From: a virus
Lineage: Duplodnaviria; Caudoviricetes
DNA length: 64,000 nucleotides
Reading direction: 5' to 3' (one strand)
Virus record (IMG/VR): IMGVR_UViG_3300013121_000025
Coordinates: 64,001 to 128,000 of that record
Shown: piece by piece, positions 63,796 through 64,000 of the stretch
How the letters are laid out: every line of letters begins with the position of its first letter
How positions within the stretch are numbered: position 1 is the first letter of the stretch
The notes under the pieces: generated by a model
Told to the model about the DNA's origin: nothing
Seen by the model: only the letters and a program-made list of their open reading frames with translations
Database searches by the model: none
Program-made: the position numbers and the translations under genes

Positions 63796-64000
63796 TTATG
63801 CTATTCTGTGTAGTCCAGAAGGATATGAGCCTGGTTTTGACGAAGTATTAACAATTCTTCTATTCTGAGAGGCATTATAAGAGAAATGATACCATGTAGA
63901 AGGACCACCACGTGTCTCAAAAATAAACTGATCGTAACCAATGTCTTTTAATAAAAAATCTCTTGCAAATATATATTTGCTATCTTTAGTCATTTTAATA
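63796..64000 (-). CDS. C-terminal part of a peptidase M15-like endolysin/cell-wall hydrolase (partial)
   Basis: Frame open to window end; YDQFIFE...WYHFSY...NRR matches the DQLIxE...W(I/V)HxS motif. Confidence 0.6.
   Translation of the reverse strand, partial: IKMTKDSKYIFARDFLLKDIGYDQFIFETRGGPSTWYHFSYNASQNRRIVNTSSKPGSYPSGLHRIA

Noticed and set aside
1-64000. CRISPR array, tRNA genes, DGR template/variable repeats or retron
   Set aside because: No regularly spaced direct repeats, cloverleafs, adenine-variant repeat pairs or reverse transcriptase seen by eye; a computational scan could still find weak cases
1-64000. Stop-codon reassignment as in some jumbo phages
   Set aside because: Standard-code ORFs are long, full-length and tightly packed, including a 2944-aa gene

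Overview
AT-rich (roughly one third GC), densely coding 64-kb segment of a large (probably jumbo) contractile-tailed dsDNA phage distantly related to T4. Gene content and order resemble Rak2/GAP32/XacN1-type jumbo myophages; this assignment is by recognition, not by search. On the minus strand (1-25 kb) lie the packaging, tail, neck and head genes: a TerL-ATPase-like ORF, TerS, gp4, tube proteins, gp18 sheath, gp15, gp14, gp13, gp23 MCP, gp22, gp21, gp67, gp20 portal, tape measure, and gp26/gp51-like chaperones. A sigma70-promoter-driven recombination/late-transcription block follows at 25-34 kb: DinG-like helicase with intein, Holliday junction resolvase, gp46 with a class-3 intein, gp47, and the gp55 late sigma factor. 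The baseplate/fibre module is divergently transcribed on the plus strand (34-63 kb). Nearly every structural transcription unit is preceded by a T4-late-like (N)(A/C)TAAATA box. The most notable observations are five. (1) A ~520-bp non-coding locus (27.93-28.45 kb) contains its own sigma70 promoter, a multi-stem pseudoknotted RNA-like segment and a strand-specific tandem-GA/cGAAg ssDNA-type hairpin; it is a candidate novel ncRNA or RNA-primed replication origin. (2) A clean programmed -1 frameshift signal would fuse the gp26-like and gp51-like tail chaperones. (3) An unannotated TerL-ATPase-like ORF with a degenerate Walker A lies next to TerS. (4) A late-expressed ART-like plus zeta-kinase-like pair and a retropepsin-type protease sit inside the morphogenesis cluster. 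(5) A deleted homing-endonuclease remnant lies between gp55 and gp47. All protein calls are motif-based and made without database searches.
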